Assembly: GCA_038045945.1 (NCBI GenBank)
Contig: JBBSXC010000001.1
Span: forward strand, 75,680 to 139,679
Origin: Nanobdellota archaeon
Lineage (GTDB): Archaea; Nanobdellota; Nanobdellia; Pacearchaeales; GW2011-AR1
Direction: 5' to 3'
DNA length: 64,000 nt
The notes under the pieces are model-generated. The model worked only from the letters and a program-made list of their open reading frames with translations. It ran no database searches and was not told the origin of the DNA. This document shows positions 61,500 through 64,000 of the stretch, one piece after another. Position 1 is the stretch's first letter. Each line of letters starts with the position of its first letter. The position numbers and the translations under genes are program-made.

Positions 61500-61894
61500 T
61501 TAGTAGTGGTATCTAGTGTTGTGTATGATATTTCTATTACGTAACCGTCAGGGTCTTTGAAGTCAATGTGGTATGATTTTCTTCCACTATATTCTGACTC
61601 TAACGGCCCACGAATTATTTTTGCGTTAGCAAAAATCAAGTATTCGTGTGCTTTGTTTACTATTTCTCTTGATAATGCTCGCAGGCATACGTGTCTTGGT
61701 CCTACCGTGTCTATTTTTGTTACGTTGTTTTCTACAAAGTATATTTTTGTTCCGCTTCCTGGTGCTCGAAAGCCATTATTTGCGTATTGTGCCCACCCTA
61801 ATAGGAAGAATAGTGGTTGGTAGAATGTTAATGCTTTGTCTAGGTTGCTAACCCAAAATTCTAAGTGTTTAATTCCAGGAACTAATGAGTCCAT
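61496..61894 (-). CDS. VOC/glyoxalase family protein
   Basis: HLEFWV, FY..L...LGW, HVC..A.SRE.V, F.DPDG..IE. Confidence 0.88.
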   Translation of the reverse strand: MDSLVPGIKHLEFWVSNLDKALTFYQPLFFLLGWAQYANNGFRAPGSGTKIYFVENNVTKIDTVGPRHVCLRALSREIVNKAHEYLIFANAKIIRGPLESEYSGRKSYHIDFKDPDGYVIEISYTTLDTTTK

Positions 61895-61996
61895 TAATAA
61901 GCATAAGTGATAGAGGTATAATTACTTATCTATCAGTAAAACTATTATTGAGGTTTGAGGGAAAAAGTTTAATAAGAGTAATTTTGTAGTGGTTAC

Positions 61997-62854
61997 ATGG
62001 CGAATGTTGATTTTAAGAATTATGGTGGCGCTATTGGTTTTCAGGATTCTTGGATGAGAATTCAAGGTATTGGTGAGAGGCACGGTCTTCTTAAAAAACT
62101 TGTTGATTCTGCTATTGATAAAGGTGTTAATGTAGTTGTTGTTCCTTCAGCTTATAATAGTGAAGTTGAGCCAGGTTCTATTCATGATAGGTGGGGCATT
62201 CTTAGGGGTCAGGCTCAGAGTCTTCCTTCGAGCGATTATTATTATAAAATTTTAGGTAGTGAAAGAAAAGCTTTTGAGGTTTCTAAAGGCAAAACAGGTA
62301 TTGATGGTCGCGTCATTGTTGTTAATGCTCAGTTTGTTAAGACTGATCTTTGTAGTGATAGTGTATTGAGGCCTTTGCTTGTTATTGGGGGTAATAATCT
62401 TCCTCCTTTTCTTCATCCTACAGATGTTTCAATGCGTTCTCATGATGAGGGTTTTATTACTCTTGTTGATCAACCTTTCTTGGATCAGCGCGGTAAAGGA
62501 TGGGTTGAAGATAATAGAGATCGTGTTGATGGTGTTGTTGGCCATTATGGTCTTGCTCGATTTAATAAGGATATTAATTATGATTCTCAAACTTTTGCTT
62601 ATAGTTTGAGTCTTCCTTGGGTTAGTGGTTCTGGTGGTAAGCTTCCTGGACAAATTGTTGCTTATTCTAGACTTGCTTATGATGCGAGACATAATTCTAA
62701 TGAGGTTTCTTTGTTATCTAATATGCGAGGTGCTCTTAGAAATGGTCCTGTAGGTAACCATCAAGGTTATGCTTCTTGGTCTGATCTTGCAAAGCTCGCT
62801 ATTGCAGAGTTTAGAGGTAATAGGGCTAGGGCTCGTGGCGATAATACGATATAA
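61997..62854 (+). CDS. degenerate PHP-fold protein
   Basis: PHP-like pattern (LLVIG, G.ITLVDQPF, VDGV, PWVSGSG) lacking the metal-binding His/Asp residues. Confidence 0.45.
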   Translation: MANVDFKNYGGAIGFQDSWMRIQGIGERHGLLKKLVDSAIDKGVNVVVVPSAYNSEVEPGSIHDRWGILRGQAQSLPSSDYYYKILGSERKAFEVSKGKTGIDGRVIVVNAQFVKTDLCSDSVLRPLLVIGGNNLPPFLHPTDVSMRSHDEGFITLVDQPFLDQRGKGWVEDNRDRVDGVVGHYGLARFNKDINYDSQTFAYSLSLPWVSGSGGKLPGQIVAYSRLAYDARHNSNEVSLLSNMRGALRNGPVGNHQGYASWSDLAKLAIAEFRGNRARARGDNTI

Positions 62855-62872
62855 ATTTTTTAACTGTTTTTT

Positions 62873-63478
62873 ATGAAAGATTATGATTTGATGATTGTTC
62901 TTGGTAAGAATTGGAGTAATCCTGGAGGTGTTTGGTTTAGAGGTGAAGAGCCGACTTTGAGTGTTGATTCTAAACTTTGTTCTATAGCATCAGGTTTACT
63001 TTATTCTAGGGGTATTACTGATAATGTGCTTTTTTGTGGCGGGAAGACTCTTGGTCGACAGTACCCTGGTGAATCAGAGGAAATGTTTTCTTTCATGTTA
63101 GAATGCGGATTCTTTGCTAATTCTAATAATGTTTTTTTTGAGAGGGAATCTTTTGATACTCATGGTAATGCTCAAGGAGTAAAGAAGTTTTTATGGCATC
63201 ATGATTTTAGTCGTCTTGCTCTGGTTGCAACCCAGCCCCACATTGCTCGAGCAAAGAAGGTTTTTGATTATCATGATATCTCTACTGATACTTTAACTGT
63301 TGAAAAAGTCATTGAGGAAGAAAGAGGTTTATCTAGCTACATCCAAGATTACAGAAGAAGTATTCATTATAGGAGTGATATTATGAGAGAACAGGTTCTT
63401 AATTTTGTTCAGGATATTAATCCTTCTGGAAGTTTTCTCAGATTTGCTGCTAAAGCGCTTCCTACGAGAAAGCACTAG
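62873..63478 (+). CDS. YdcF/DUF218 family protein
   Basis: IVLG, FCGG, ESE.M, ERES.DT.GNA, H..RA. Confidence 0.85.
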   Translation: MKDYDLMIVLGKNWSNPGGVWFRGEEPTLSVDSKLCSIASGLLYSRGITDNVLFCGGKTLGRQYPGESEEMFSFMLECGFFANSNNVFFERESFDTHGNAQGVKKFLWHHDFSRLALVATQPHIARAKKVFDYHDISTDTLTVEKVIEEERGLSSYIQDYRRSIHYRSDIMREQVLNFVQDINPSGSFLRFAAKALPTRKH

Positions 63479-63485
63479 TTTTAAA

Positions 63486-63532
63486 CATCAAAAACCTGCA
63501 GTTTTTGTGGTCTCAAGAATATTAATTCTTGA
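63486..63532. repeat. double-hairpin intergenic element
   Basis: CAAAAAC-ctgca-GTTTTTG-TGGTC-TCAAGAAT-atta-ATTCTTGA; inverted near-copy of 8196-8240. Confidence 0.65.
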
Positions 63533-63624
63533 CGACTGTCAAAAAAAGACTTTTCTGAAGCTTAAAATCTTTTAGAAGATTTTAAATATTCTTTATTATT
63601 TGTTTGTTAAAGTGGTGGTTGATT

Positions 63625-64000
63625 ATGCCTGAGGCAGTTACTCATTTTTTGATAGCAGCGATTGTTGTTAATCTTATTAGGGATTTTCTTATTAAGAATA
63701 AGTCTGCCTTTCCCCTTCATTTAGTTCTTATTGGCGGTCTTGCAGGTTTACTTCCCGATTTTGACATTGGTGTTTATTGGGTTTTAGGTTTTTTTGGTTT
63801 TTCTGTTAGCCAGGTTCATAGAACTTTTTCTCATACGCTTTGGGTTCCAATACTATTTTTTGTTCTTAGTTTTGTTTTTTGGAAATATAAAAGTTCAGCC
63901 CTATCTAGGAGGAAGCTTTCTTGGAGTAATGTCCTGTTCGTTTTAGGTGTTGGCACTTTCATCCATATTATTCTTGATGCTGTCTTCATTGGCAGTGTTA
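63625..64000 (+). CDS. membrane metal-dependent hydrolase (YdjM-like), runs off the window edge
   Basis: Hand translation MPEAVTHFL...LLPDFD...HRTFSH...HIILD. Confidence 0.85.
   Translation, partial: MPEAVTHFLIAAIVVNLIRDFLIKNKSAFPLHLVLIGGLAGLLPDFDIGVYWVLGFFGFSVSQVHRTFSHTLWVPILFFVLSFVFWKYKSSALSRRKLSWSNVLFVLGVGTFIHIILDAVFIGSV

Overview
AT-rich chromosomal segment of a reduced-genome DPANN archaeon, most consistent with Pacearchaeota/Woesearchaeota. Evidence: archaeal rpoH-rpoB-rpoA with A' and A'' fused, the rpoE'-spt4-S24e-S27ae cluster, GatD/GatE, archaeal AspRS/AsnRS/TrpRS/HisRS, aIF-1A, FtsZ, TATA boxes about 22-25 nt before most start codons, and six tRNAs including an intron-containing tRNA-Ile(UAU). 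Several bacterial-type genes are embedded among these core genes: a FliA/WhiG-like sigma factor coupled to a patatin, a PilT-like ATPase, a SleB-type cell-wall hydrolase, MnmA, NrdR-NrdJ, AlgI/AlgJ and a giant beta-helix surface protein. The most novel-looking signal is an ORF-poor ~830-bp region between prs and scpA. It carries two tandem copies of a structured motif with compensatory base changes, plus further long hairpins. A dispersed family of double-hairpin intergenic elements, a GC-rich hairpin after ftsZ, an atypical tRNA-His and unannotated small ORFs are also present. No CRISPR array, transposase or rRNA was seen. All calls come from reading motifs by eye; no database searches were run.
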